This document shows positions 50,594 to 62,409 of a DNA stretch of 64,000 nt, piece by piece (position 1 is the first letter of the stretch; every line of letters begins with the position of its first letter). The notes under the pieces were generated by a model. It saw only the letters and a program-made list of their open reading frames with translations. It was not told where the DNA came from and made no database searches. Both the position numbers and the translations under genes were made by a program. Source of the DNA: Eledone cirrhosa (taxonomy: Eukaryota); contig OZ024740.1 of the NCBI GenBank assembly GCA_964016885.1, positions 37,138,001-37,202,000 on the forward strand, read 5' to 3'.

Positions 50594-50915
50594 AATAATA
50601 ATAATAATAATAATAATAATGATTTCTTTATTGGCCACAAGGGCTGACATCAAGAAAAACATTACAGACGGTACAGGACGGTACGATGTGGGTTTTGTGC
50701 GTGTAAATATTTTTATTATTTATATAAGAAAAAAAAGGACATAGAAACATATATATATATATATATAAACAATAAAAATGAAAATTGAAACAATGAAAAA
50801 TTCCCCAATAGGGGGGAAACCTCCGAGGGTTACCCGTGGCGAAAACCACACAAAAGACCACGGCCACCCTGACCACCAGGGCAAGCGCCCTCTCTCAATT
50901 TTTCCATCTCTCAAA

Positions 50916-53900
50916 CTACAGACGTATATTCAGAGTGGTCCCGTTCACTCGGACCATTCTCGCTACATTCACCCACCTTTCAACAAACTTGCTAGAAGGC
51001 AGCACTTGCCTCTCCAATCTGATTTTCCTCTTCAAGTAAAACTTGAAAAAGTTAATTAGGGATTCGCCGAAGAGGAAAGTGTCTATCTTTAACCCTTTTA
51101 ACCTTGTCCACCACACAATCTCTTTCGCCATGGCCTCCAGGCAGATGAAAACCGCCTGCCCTTCCTCCTCGAAGGAAGACAGCGAGACCATCTGCACCAA
51201 TGGACTCAGTCGACAACCGGATCAGTCCTACACGCGACAGCAACTGTTCGACATAGCTCCACAAGTCAGCAATGCTCGGGCACTGAACGAGTGCGTGCAC
51301 GACGGTTTCGTCGCTCTGCGCGCATCTCGGACAGGCTCGGCTGACGGCACTTCCGTGCCTGTAGAGCTTATCTCGAACCGGCAGCGTCCCCGGAAGCACT
51401 GCCAGGCCAGGGATTTTTGGAAGTTATCCATAGGCCCCGGGCTGAAAGTTCTCCGGAAGAGAGCAAACAGCTGATCTTCTTCGACGCCCAGGATCTCTCC
51501 GAGAACGTCGTCGCTCTTCCCCTCCACTAGTCCTCTATAGAACGCCGAGGTGGATGTTCCACCGATACTGGTGCCCAGCTGGCAGAGGGCAGTGAGCGCC
51601 TGGAGACATTCCAGTTTCCAAGCGTTATACCTCGGTCTTTTTCTGGCCCAGGACTGCAGCTCCGTCAAGGAGACGAGCTGTGGGAAAACGTGACTGGCGA
51701 ACGGCGACCACACCTGTTCACCATCAAGGAAGCACCAGAGATGTCGCAGCCTCAGCGCATGTTTGCGCATCATCAGCCATGGCATGTCCGGTCCTCCACG
51801 CAACGGGTGTTGACAGCAGATGGATCGTCTGACCATGGGAGCGCGTCCCTTCCACAAAAAGCGGAAGAGGAGGCGCTCCATTTTGCTGAGAGTTGGGCTG
51901 GAGCAAAGGACGACGGTGAGGCGGTAGCAGATGATGGATGCGATGTACGCATTCGCCACCTCCGCCCGGCCTTTCAGGGACAGCTTCCTCTCAGCCCATT
52001 TCTGGGTGAGGGAGCCCACCCTGCTCATCACCTCGTTCCAGTTTTTCTCCATCTGGAGGTCCGGTCCGAACCAGACCCCGAGCAATTTAACCAGTCCGTC
52101 CGTCCAACGCCCCACAACGCTGTCGGACGGCATGGACTTGCCTCTCCACGTGCCTAACTGCAAGCCCACCGACTTTTCCGGGTTTATCTTTGCTGCTGTC
52201 ACCGCTTCGTATTCCTTGAGAGCGGTGCCGAGCATCTGGACGTGTCTGGTGCTCGACACCACCACGGTGACGTCGTCAGCGTAAGCCGACTCGGATTTCC
52301 CGCATCTTAGTTCGCGTGGGACGCCCCTCATCGCCCCCAGTTTGTGCAGTAACGGCTCGAGAGCCAATACGTACAAGAGGGACGAGAGGGGACAACCCTG
52401 GCGGACTGAGCGCATGATGCTGAACGGCTGCGACAGGTGACCGTTCACCCTCACAACTGAGCAGATGTCGCTGTACATTGCTGCGATCCAAGCCCTGAAA
52501 ACGGGCCTGAAACCGGCTACCTCGAGGACCGCCGCCAGGTACCGATGGTCGACCCTATCGAATGCTTTGGATTGATCCAAGTTGATCAGGGCCCCACCCG
52601 TGCCGGGTTCCTTAACGACCCTCTCTATGATGTATCGCATGAGGTGGAGGTTGTCGTGTATGGATCTGTCCGGAATGGCGCATGTCTGCGTCTCTCCCAC
52701 CAGACCACCAACGACAAGCGCCAACCTCGTTGCTAACACCTTGGCCAAAATCTTGAACTCTGCGTTTAGCAGAGTTATGGGCCGGAAATTATCGATGAAA
52801 TCCCCCTTGTTCGGGTCTTTTCTCAGCAGCGCCACTGTTCCCCGGCACACAAACCGGGAATGCTCCCGTTCTGCTGCCAGTTGCAGTAGACGTCTGCCAA
52901 GAGGTCACCGAACAAGTCTGGCATAAATGCATAAAGCTCGTAGGGCAGACCATCTAAACCTGGTGATTTACCTCTTGTGCAGTTAGCCATCGCTTCCCGT
53001 ATTTCACCGACTGTTATTGGCCTTTTCGCAACACTGTGCTGCGGTCGTCGGGAGCCGAAGCAGTCCGTCGAGGTATGCACTGAAGTCCATGTCCCGATCC
53101 GGGCTGCCGCCGCTCCCGAACAGTTCAGCAAAGTGCTGCTGAAAAGCTTCACACATCCGCTCGGGTTCGAGCATCACGCACCCGTTTTGGTCAGACAAAG
53201 ACCGAATTGTGGCTTTATTGCCACGTCGCGCCTCTGCCACCCGGACCCATTGGACGGCTGTGTCCCCTCGTGTTTCAGAGCACGCGCTCTAGCTCTGACA
53301 ATGCAGCCTTCGTGTTTTGCGTTGAAGAATTGGTCGAGTGCCAATCTCGCCGCAAGCACGTCGGTTGCGATGCCTGTCCTAAACGCCTCTTCTAGCTTTC
53401 TGACTAGCTCTCCCTCTACTCTATTTTCCTCTATCACTACTCCTTTGCTAAACCTAATCGACTCTACTTTAATTGCCCTTTTCAGGGCGAACCACCACCT
53501 TTTGTTGACGCACGCTCCCGTCAACGCCCGCTTAACAAATACGTTACTCCGGTCTCTGTAGGCTTTGCTCGCCGGGAAAGACGCGTTCAGCTTCCAGTAA
53601 CCAGGCCCTTGTCTATGAAGTCTGTCTATGTCGATCTCACAGATCACAAATTTGTGGTCTGTGTAGTCGACTATTTTAAATTGTGGACACTTATACTAGC
53701 CTTATTTACTTCTCTGCAGAATACCCTATCGAGATACGATCTGGATGACCCGATGCGGTTTGTCCATGTCCACATTGGCACATTCGGGTGATCCAGTCGA
53801 TACCTGTTAGACAGTTCAAAACGCCTGAGCAGGTTGGTGAGGCTCTTGCACCCTCCTCCCCTATCCACTAGCCCCACACGATCCCAGCGTGCAGCCAAGA

Positions 53901-54307
53901 TACCGTTCCAGTCGCCCACTAACACTAAAGAGCGGGACGTTCCAAGAAAGGTCTCTAGACGTCTGAAGAAATCTGGCCGTCCTGCCCCTGTTGGGGCGTA
54001 GACGTCTACTAGCCTGAAAGTATTTGCCTTCGCTGCCGGTCACGTCCAGCACCACCGACTTACCTTCTGGGTCTAGGAAGATGGCCCGTATCGCGAGATC
54101 CAAGCCTCTCCGAAAAAGGACAGCAACATCTCCCCCCGATCCTGGACGGCTGGGAGGTGCGTATACATCGTAGCCGCCGAAGATCGGTGCGAAGGCTTGT
54201 GCTTCGGAGGTTCTGTTTAATGACCTGAGGTCGTTGAGCAGGTGACCCTGCTTCCAAGATGACCCCAGGCCACGTGCATTTATACTGCCTATTCTGAGTA
54301 CGGCCAT
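50916..54307 (-). pseudogene. T4 ORF2, APE-RT with multiple frameshifts and deletions
   Basis: MAVLRIGSINARG start; fragments 53861, 53671, 53174, 53004, 52823, 51228, 51052, 50916. Confidence 0.9.
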
Positions 54308-54339
54308 GTTGGACGAGAAGCGGGGCAAATGAGAAAGGG

Positions 54340-56436
54340 TCACTTACCTTGTTCGTGTGGTGAAGGGACAGTAGAACCGTCCCTTTCGCTGGTCATGGGT
54401 GATTCCAAGAGGATGTCAGTGTATATCCTCTTGGTAACCAACCCTCTGAAGTCTCCAACTGCGTTGGGGGATTTTTGTTTTAAAGGTTTGTACTGTTCTA
54501 TTGAGATTTCGATGATGCTTATGTTTGTCGGGAGAGTTCTTGGTCTTGGTGGGGTGTAGTAGTTTTTTTCTGTGATGTCTGTGTGCTGCTTTATATATTG
54601 TATGGGTTCTTTTTTTGCCATGTTTATGGCTGTGTACTTTTTGGGGGGAGGGGGGATTTTGTTGCCGTTTTCTTCTTGTTGCTGTTTGGTGTGTGTGTCT
54701 TGTTGTGTTTGCGTTGTTGGTGTTTTTGGTGATGCTGGTGGTGGTGGTGTGGTTGTTGTTGTCAGTGGTGCTTGTGGTGGTGATGGTGGTGGTGTTGCTG
54801 CAAGTTTCCTTGCTGCCTTTACCCCTCTTTGTATGCCTTCGCTTTTGGAGGGTGAATCTAAGGGTTTTTTTCTTTTTTCTTTTTTGTGGCTGACCGTTTG
54901 CCACTTCACTCCCGCCTCAAACTCCATGTCGGATTCTGTGGCGTCTTGGAGGGGTATGTGCTCCACGGCTGTTGGTGGTGGTAGTGGAGCCCTCTTCGGC
55001 AATTTTGTTCCTGGTGTAGCTACTTCGAATGTAGCTATTGGTGTTGCCGCCACTGATGATGCTGCTTTAATTGTCCGTGGTCTTGGTACGGGTGCTACAG
55101 ACGTTGCCCTCCTACTCACCGTGGGAGGGGCTTCTTCGTTTGTTGCCTGCCCTGCTCTTGGTAGCAGCGGACCAGGTATTGGAAGGAGAGGGGCCTTCTT
55201 CGCTGTCTTCTGCGGGCAAAAGGCGCTGAGGTGACCCTTCGACCCACAGAGATAACATTTTGGCCGTCTTCCTTCTACACTTATAGGGAGTTGGAGTCCT
55301 TCCTCGATGTCTATGATATCGGGGATAGCCTCGATACATTCCTGGTCAGTTTGTATAAGCATTTGCATGCCTATACCTGACCAGTTCTCTCTCCCTATTT
55401 TTACTACTTGCAGCATGGTCGTCCTGTTCTCGATTTCAGCAAGGACAGACGCGGCCAGCCAAGGTATGGGCACGTCGGGTGGGATCTGGGTTACTTTGAG
55501 CCTCACAATTTTCTGCCCGCAGTAGGAGGGCACCAAGACTAACTCCTCACTCTTTAGGGTTTCCAAAGAGTGAGACTTTGCTTCCTGGGGGGTGGCGAAA
55601 AGTACGTCTACTGTGGCGTACTTTCTGCCTCGGGTGATGTGGGTTTTGCGTGCCCAGACGCACCCCAAGGCCTTTTGGATTTGAGCGTCCGTGGCTCTCT
55701 CCACTCGATATGAGATTTTGCTTACGGTGCTGTAAGTCACCGTTCGTAGCTGCTGGTCCTTGAAAAAATCGGGTGGAGGTTTCAGGGAGACTCTATTTGC
55801 GCGTCTTGTCACCATAGCCCTTGCGACTGCCATCTCCTCCTCTGTGACTAACACTGTCTCGATATTTCGGGCGACACCTGGAAAAGAAGTGGTCCCTTTT
55901 TCAGCAGCACAACTATTGCTGCCGTTATTGGTCTTACTGATGGTGCTGAGGTCGCTATTACAGATATCGGTGTCATTGTCGTTCTTTTCGTTGGAACAGT
56001 TGTTGGTGTTGTTGTTGTTTTCGTTGATAGTGTTGCTGTTGTTACTGTTATTGTGGTTGTTGTTATTATTGTTGTTTTTGTTGATACTGTTCCTACTATT
56101 ATTGTTGTTGTGGCTGTTGTTATTGTCATTGTTATTGTCGTTCTCGACCTTACCGCTGTTATTTTTGTTATTGTCGTCCTCGACTTTACCGCTGTTATTT
56201 TTGTTGTTGCTGGTGTTATTGATGGTGTTGTTGTTGGTGTTGTTGGTGGTGTTATTGTTGGTGTTGTTTGTGTTAGAAATATTTGTTAATTTTAAATCTG
56301 TAACAATCTTCTTTTCCTTTGTAATATTTTCGTTTATATTTATCTCCGCTGGAACGCTGTCTTGTTGACATGCTGATAAAGTCTCCCTCTCTCTGTGTTG
56401 TCTGACAGCGCTCTCTCTGTTTCTTGTGTTATCCAT
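54340..56436 (-). CDS. T4 ORF1, intact 698 aa from MDNTRN
   Basis: Poly-Asn N-terminus, KTHITRGRKYATVDVLF block, knuckle CYLCGSKGHLSAFC, Pro/Thr tail; first ATG of the 54340-56484 frame is at 56436. Confidence 0.88.
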   Translation of the reverse strand: MDNTRNRESAVRQHRERETLSACQQDSVPAEININENITKEKKIVTDLKLTNISNTNNTNNNTTNNTNNNTINNTSNNKNNSGKVEDDNNKNNSGKVENDNNNDNNNSHNNNNSRNSINKNNNNNNNHNNSNNSNTINENNNNTNNCSNEKNDNDTDICNSDLSTISKTNNGSNSCAAEKGTTSFPGVARNIETVLVTEEEMAVARAMVTRRANRVSLKPPPDFFKDQQLRTVTYSTVSKISYRVERATDAQIQKALGCVWARKTHITRGRKYATVDVLFATPQEAKSHSLETLKSEELVLVPSYCGQKIVRLKVTQIPPDVPIPWLAASVLAEIENRTTMLQVVKIGRENWSGIGMQMLIQTDQECIEAIPDIIDIEEGLQLPISVEGRRPKCYLCGSKGHLSAFCPQKTAKKAPLLPIPGPLLPRAGQATNEEAPPTVSRRATSVAPVPRPRTIKAASSVAATPIATFEVATPGTKLPKRAPLPPPTAVEHIPLQDATESDMEFEAGVKWQTVSHKKEKRKKPLDSPSKSEGIQRGVKAARKLAATPPPSPPQAPLTTTTTPPPPASPKTPTTQTQQDTHTKQQQEENGNKIPPPPKKYTAINMAKKEPIQYIKQHTDITEKNYYTPPRPRTLPTNISIIEISIEQYKPLKQKSPNAVGDFRGLVTKRIYTDILLESPMTSERDGSTVPSPHEQGK

Positions 56437-56652
56437 GTTGAAATTTTTCAAGAAGATATTTTTACACAAATACGAATACGGCACCCCGTATAGGGGTGCC
56501 GTATTATTTACGAGTGAACCCCTGTATTAGGTGGGTCACTTCTTTTAAACTTTTATCAAATTTAAAACTTGAATAAAAGGTTTAGAACGGTTGAAAACGA
56601 GGTAAAACGTTGAAAAAAAACTAGAGGCGATAAGAAGCGTGGCTTCACCAAC

Positions 56653-56713
<61 letters not shown>

Positions 56714-56956
56714 TTTTCTTTATTAACCACAAGGGTTTACATAAAGTAGACATTAAGGACAGTACAGGACAATACAGGACGGTACAAATGGGCATTTCTG
56801 CGCGTAAAAAAACAGAGGTTGAAATAAAATAACAAAGGAAAATTCCCCAATAGGGGGGGAGACTTCCGAGGGACATTTGTGGTGAAAGCCCATTAAAAGA
56901 CCACAGTGGCCCTGACCACCAGGGCAAGTGCCCTCTCCCAGTTTTCCACCTTTAAT

Positions 56957-59900
56957 TTACAGACACATACTCAGAGAAGGCCCATTCATTCGGGCCATAC
57001 TTGCTTCTCTCACCCATCTTTCAACAAAATGCTGGGAAGAGAGCATTTCCCTCTCTACCCTGATTTTCCTTTTCAAATGAAATTTGAAAAAGGTAATCAG
57101 GGCATCACCGAAGAGGTAAGTGCTCGTCTTCAGCCCTTTCAAACGTGTCCACCATACTATCTCTTTCGCCATGGCCACCAGACAGATAAAAACTGCCTGC
57201 CCTTCCCTGCTAAAGGAAGGGGGCGGGGCAATCCTCACGATGGACTCAGCTGATAGCCGGATCCGTCCTACACGTGACAGCAGGTGTTCGACATAAACCC
57301 ACAAGTCAGCAATGCTCGGACACTGGACGAGTGCGTGCAGGACGGTTTCGTCGCCCTGCGCGCATCTCGGACATGCCCGGCTGACGGCACCTCCATGCCT
57401 GTAGAGTTTATCCCGAACTGGCAAGGCTCCTCGGTAGCACTGCCAGGCCAGAGATTTCTGGAAGTTGTCCATAGGCCCCGGCCCGAAAGTTCTTCCGAAG
57501 AGATTGGCTAGTTGATTTTCGTCGACGCCTAGAGTTTCTCCAAGTACGTCGTCGCTCTTCCCCTCCACTAATCCCCTATAGAACGCCAAGGTGGAGTTTC
57601 CACCGATCACATTGCCCGATTGGTCGAGGGCTGTGAGCGCCTGAAGACATTCCAGTCTCCAAGCGCTCCCTCTCGGTCTTCGCTTGACCCAGGACTGCAG
57701 CTCCGTCAAGGAGACGAGCTGGGGAAAAACGTGTCTAACAAACGGCGACCACACCTGATCACCGTCGAGGAAGAGGTGGAGATGTCGTAGCCTGAGCGCG
57801 TGCCTGCGCATCATCTGCCATGGCATGCCCAGCCCTCCACGTAGCGGGTGTTGACAGCAGATCGACCGCCTGACCATCGGAGCGCGTCCCTTCCACAAGA
57901 AGCGAAAGAGCAAACGCTCCAGCGCAGTCAGGCGGGGCTTAGGACAAGGTACGACGGTCAGGCGGTAGTAGATGACGGATGTGATGTACGCATTCGCCAC
58001 CTCCGCTCGACCTTTCAGGGAGAGCTTCCTCTCGGCCAATTTCTGGGTGAGAGAAGCCACCCTGCTCGTCACCTCGTCCCAGTTTTTGTCCGTCTGGAGG
58101 TCTGGACCGAACCAGACCCCTAGCAATTTAACCGGTCCGTCCGTCCAGCGCCCGACGACGCTGTTGGACGGCATGGACCTGCCTCTCCAGGTGCCGAGCT
58201 GCAGGCCCACTGACTTTTCCTGGTTGATCATTGCTCCTGTCACCGCTTCGTATTCTCTTAGTGTAGTGCCGATCGCCTCGATGTGTTTGGCGTTCGACAC
58301 CACTACGGTGACATCGTCGGCATATGCTGACACGGATCTTCCGCATCCTAGTTCGCGCGGGACCCCCCTCAACGTCTCCAGTTTGTGCAGTAATGCCTCG
58401 AGAGTCAATACGTACAATAGGGACGAGAGGGGACATCCTTGGCGGACCGAGCGCATGATGTTGAACGGTTCCGAAAGGTGACCGTTCACTCTCACTACAG
58501 AGCAGATGTCGCTGTGCATGGCAGCGATCCAGCCTCTGAAGACGGGCCCAAAGCCAGCCGCCCTCAGGACTGCCGCTAGGTAACGATGGTCGACCCTATC
58601 GAAGGCTTTCGACTGATCTAAATTGATCAAAGACCCACCCGTGCCAGGTTCCTTAGCTACCCTCTCTACGATGTATCGCATGAGGTGGAGGTTGTCGTGG
58701 ATGGATCTGTCGGGAATGGCGCATGTCTGTGCCTCTCCCACCAGACCACCAACGACAAGCGCCAACCTCTTTGCTAGCACCTTGGCCAAAATCTTGAACT
58801 CTGTGTTTAGCAGAGTTATGGGCCTAAAATTATCTATGTTATCCCCCTTGTTCGGATCCTTTCTCAGCAGCGCCACCGCTCCTCGGCTCACAGAGCTGGG
58901 AATTCTCCCGTTCTGTTGCCAGTTGCAGTAGACGTCCGCCAAGAGGGCTCCGAACAAGTTTGGCATTTGTACGTAAAGTTCATAGGGCAGACCATCAAAA
59001 CCAGGCGATTTACCCCTTGTGCAACTAGTCATTGCATCCCGTACTTCAGCGGTTGTTATCGGCTTTTCGCAACACTCCGCCTCTGTGGCCGAAAGCCGCG
59101 GCAGTCCGTCGAGGTAGACACTAAAGTCCATCCCTCGATCCGGCCCGCCACTGCCCCCGAACAGTTGAGCGAAGTGTCGCTGAAAAGCTTCACACATTTG
59201 CCCGGGATCGAGTAGCATGCGCCCGTCGTGGTCCACCAAAGACCAGATCGTGGCTTTGTTGCCACGACGCGCCTCCGCCACTCGGGCCCGTTGAACGGCT
59301 TTCGTCCCCTCGTGTCTGAGAGCACGCACCCTAGCTCTGACAACGCAGCCTTCGTGCTTTGCATTGAAGAATTGGTCAAGGGCCAATTTCGCCGCAAGTA
59401 CGTCGGTCGCGATGCCTTTACTAAGCGCCTCATCTAATTTTCTAACTAATTCTCCCTCTGCTCTATTTTTCTCTATTGCTAAAGTCTTACTAAACCTAAT
59501 GGACTCTATTCTAATTGCTCTTTTCAGAGCAAACCACCACTTGTTGTTGACGATGGCCCCCGTCAACGCCCACTTAACTAGTTCGCTAATACGGTCTCTG
59601 TAAGCCTTGCGCGCTGGTAAGGACGCGTTCAGCTTCCAGTAGCCGGGTACTCGTCTATGAAGCCTATCTAAGTCAAGCACACAGATCACGAATTTGTGGT
59701 CCGTGTAGCTGACTATCTTGAATTGTGGACAGCCTATGCTAGACCTATCTATTTCCCTACAAAATACTCTATCTAGATATGATCTGGATGACCCTATGCG
59801 ATTTGTCCAAGTCCACATTGGTACATTCGGGAAATCCATTCGGTACCTGTCAGACAGTTCAAAACGTCTGAGCAGGTTGGTGAGACTCTTGCACCCTCCT

Positions 59901-60376
59901 TCCCTATCCACTAATCCCACACAATCCCAGCGTGCATCTAAGATCCCGTTCCAGTCGCCCACTAACACTAAAGAGCGGGACGTTCCAAGAAAGGTCTCCA
60001 GACGCTGGAAGAAATCAGGCCGCCCTGCTCCTGTCGGGGCATAGACGGCCACTAACCTGAAAGCTTGCCCGTCTCCGCTGGTCACGTCCAGCACCACCAA
60101 CTTATCTTCTGGGTCCAGGAAGATGGCCCGTATGGCAAGATCCAAACCTCTCCGAAAAAGCACAGCAACTCCTCCCCCCGATCCCGGACGGCTGGGAGAT
60201 GCGTACACATCGTAGCCGCCGAAGATCGGTGCGAAAGCCTGTGCTTCGGAGATTCTGGTCTCGCTGATGGCCACTACATCTATGTTTAGTGACCTGAGGT
60301 CGTTGAGCAGGTGGCCCTGCTTCCATGACGACCCCAAGCCACGCGCATTTATGCTGCCTATTCTGAGTGAGGTCAT
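56957..60376 (-). CDS. T5 ORF2, intact 1139-aa APE endonuclease / RT / CCHC protein
   Basis: All APE and RT motifs listed for T1, uninterrupted. Confidence 0.95.
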   Translation of the reverse strand: MTSLRIGSINARGLGSSWKQGHLLNDLRSLNIDVVAISETRISEAQAFAPIFGGYDVYASPSRPGSGGGVAVLFRRGLDLAIRAIFLDPEDKLVVLDVTSGDGQAFRLVAVYAPTGAGRPDFFQRLETFLGTSRSLVLVGDWNGILDARWDCVGLVDREGGCKSLTNLLRRFELSDRYRMDFPNVPMWTWTNRIGSSRSYLDRVFCREIDRSSIGCPQFKIVSYTDHKFVICVLDLDRLHRRVPGYWKLNASLPARKAYRDRISELVKWALTGAIVNNKWWFALKRAIRIESIRFSKTLAIEKNRAEGELVRKLDEALSKGIATDVLAAKLALDQFFNAKHEGCVVRARVRALRHEGTKAVQRARVAEARRGNKATIWSLVDHDGRMLLDPGQMCEAFQRHFAQLFGGSGGPDRGMDFSVYLDGLPRLSATEAECCEKPITTAEVRDAMTSCTRGKSPGFDGLPYELYVQMPNLFGALLADVYCNWQQNGRIPSSVSRGAVALLRKDPNKGDNIDNFRPITLLNTEFKILAKVLAKRLALVVGGLVGEAQTCAIPDRSIHDNLHLMRYIVERVAKEPGTGGSLINLDQSKAFDRVDHRYLAAVLRAAGFGPVFRGWIAAMHSDICSVVRVNGHLSEPFNIMRSVRQGCPLSSLLYVLTLEALLHKLETLRGVPRELGCGRSVSAYADDVTVVVSNAKHIEAIGTTLREYEAVTGAMINQEKSVGLQLGTWRGRSMPSNSVVGRWTDGPVKLLGVWFGPDLQTDKNWDEVTSRVASLTQKLAERKLSLKGRAEVANAYITSVIYYRLTVVPCPKPRLTALERLLFRFLWKGRAPMVRRSICCQHPLRGGLGMPWQMMRRHALRLRHLHLFLDGDQVWSPFVRHVFPQLVSLTELQSWVKRRPRGSAWRLECLQALTALDQSGNVIGGNSTLAFYRGLVEGKSDDVLGETLGVDENQLANLFGRTFGPGPMDNFQKSLAWQCYRGALPVRDKLYRHGGAVSRACPRCAQGDETVLHALVQCPSIADLWVYVEHLLSRVGRIRLSAESIVRIAPPPSFSREGQAVFICLVAMAKEIVWWTRLKGLKTSTYLFGDALITFFKFHLKRKIRVEREMLSSQHFVERWVREASMARMNGPSLSMCL

Positions 60377-60410
60377 GTTGAAAAGGAGTGGAAAAGATGG
60401 GAAAGACCAC

Positions 60411-62409
60411 TTACCTTACTTCTCGTACGGGAATGACGGTTTTTCCATCCTTTTCACTGCTTGTGGCCTCCTCAGGAAGGATGTCCTTATAAATCCTCCT
60501 GGAGAGTGCTTGTCGGAAGTCTCCGATGTCTTTGGGGAATTTTTGTTTTAGTGTCATGTACGTTTTCTGTGTGATGCGAGTGATTTGTATGTGTTGAGGT
60601 GGTGTGAATTTTGGGGTTGTTGTGTAGTCTTTTTCTGTGATGCTGGTGTTGTGTTGGATGTAGTGTAATAATTGCTTGTTGTTCAAATTTAATGCTGTGT
60701 AGTGTGTAGTGTGTATCGTTTTGGTTGTTTTGTTTTGTTTACGTTTGTTGTGGGTTTGTTTCTGTTTCGCATTTTGGTGACTTTTGTGGTGTAGGTGATG
60801 GTGGTGTTGGGGTTAATGATGGTGATGGTGTTGGTGTTTGGGTTGATGGGGTTGGTGATGCTGGTGTGGATGGTGGCATATCTATCCTAACTTTTTTGTT
60901 TCTTAATTTATTTGTTTCCCTCTGTATTTTGTTTTGGAGGGGGAAGGAAGAGAATTTTTTTCTTTTTTGGTTTCTTTTTTTTTTCCGGATATCGTTTCCC
61001 ACTCCTCGTCGTCACAATCTGTCTCCAGTTGTGATAGGCCGGGGAGTGGAAAATCCTCCACAGCCGTTAGTTTTGGTTGTGGCGTGGTGGATGGTGTAGG
61101 CGCTGGTGCTAGTTCTGAAGCGTTGGGTGGTGGTGGTGTTGGTTTTGGTGGTGGTGGTGGTGGTGTTGGTTTTGCTACTGTTGCTGGGGTTGTTGCTGTT
61201 ATAGTTGCTTCTGTTGTTGCTGCTACAGTTGTTGCTTCCATCTCTGCTACTGGTGGTGTTGATGGTTGTGTCACTGGGGTGGGTAGGAGAGGTGGCTTCA
61301 ACCTTTTAGCCTGAGGGCAGAAAGCCCTTAGGTGGGTTCCTTCACCACAAACGACACACCTAGGTCTTCTGCCCTCGACAATTACCGTGAGGTGGCTGCC
61401 GTCAGTGAGGTCTATTACCTCTGGGATCTCCTCAATGCTTTTTTGGTCCGCTTGGATCAGGAGCTCCATCCCAGATCCGGATCAGTTCTCCTGCTTTTCT
61501 TTTGCTATTGCTATTATTTTCGTGTTGGCTTCGATGCCGGCGAGGACGGCCGCTATTAGCCAGGGAATTTCGATGGCCGGGTGAACGTGGGTCACCCTGA
61601 TCTTTACGAGTCTCTGGCCACAATAGCTTGGGACGAGTGTGAAGTCGTCACTTCTTAATGGGGCTATGGAGTGTTCTCTAGCCTCCTCTGGTGTTTCAAA
61701 GAACACGTCCATGGTTCCATACTTTTGCCCACGTCTGATGTGGGTTTTTCTTGCCCACACATGTCCCAAAGCTTTTTGGATTTGGGACTCGGATGCCCGT
61801 TCCACTCGGCGCGATTTTACATTTATTGTTCTATACGACACGGTGCATAGGCGCCGATGCTCCATATTATTAGGTGGGGGGGGGGCTGACCCTGTACCCA
61901 TCTTTCTTTACCATTTGTTTGGCATTTTCTAAATCCTCCTGAGCTACCCTAAATGCTTCGAACTGTTTTGCTACTCTGGCGAAACTGAGGGTCGGTTTTA
62001 TAATGTCATTGTTGTTGTTGTTGCTATCGTTATTTGTGTTAATATTAAATTTAGTTTCAGTTGTGGTGGTGGTGACGTCAGTCGTCTTTGGTGAGGAAGA
62101 GTTCATTTTGCTTGATTTCATTTCGACATCACGAGTTAATTTATTTTTTTCTTCTTTTGTTTCTGTTGTCGCGGTGGTGGTGGGGGTGGTGGTTGTCGCG
62201 GTGGTGGTGGTGGTGGAGGCTTTAACACCTGCAGTCATTGGTAATGGCGGGAAATGAATGTCTGCCTGAGACAAATTTAAAATATTGCTACTGCTTATAT
62301 TTTTTTTTGTGTTGGCAAACGTAGTAACATTTACAATGGTGGTGTCGGTGTGAGGTGTTAATTTGTGAGGAAGGCTTTCAGCTGCTTGTTGCAGAGGTGA
62401 ATTAGCCAT
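60411..62409 (-). pseudogene. T5 ORF1 type III, disrupted
   Basis: MANSPLQQ start; KTHIRRGQKYGTMDVFF; knuckle CVVCGEGTHLRAFC; breaks at G run ~61880, TGA at 61482, T run ~60978 and near 60740. Confidence 0.85.

Larger units (their letters stand above)
50621..56649 (-). mobile_element. Full-length Tx1 copy T4 (ORF1 type II, ORF2 subtype C)
   Basis: (AAT)9 at 50594-50620 and AAC(AAT)20 at 56650-56712; distinct 5' end GGTGAAGCCACGCTTC. Confidence 0.93.
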
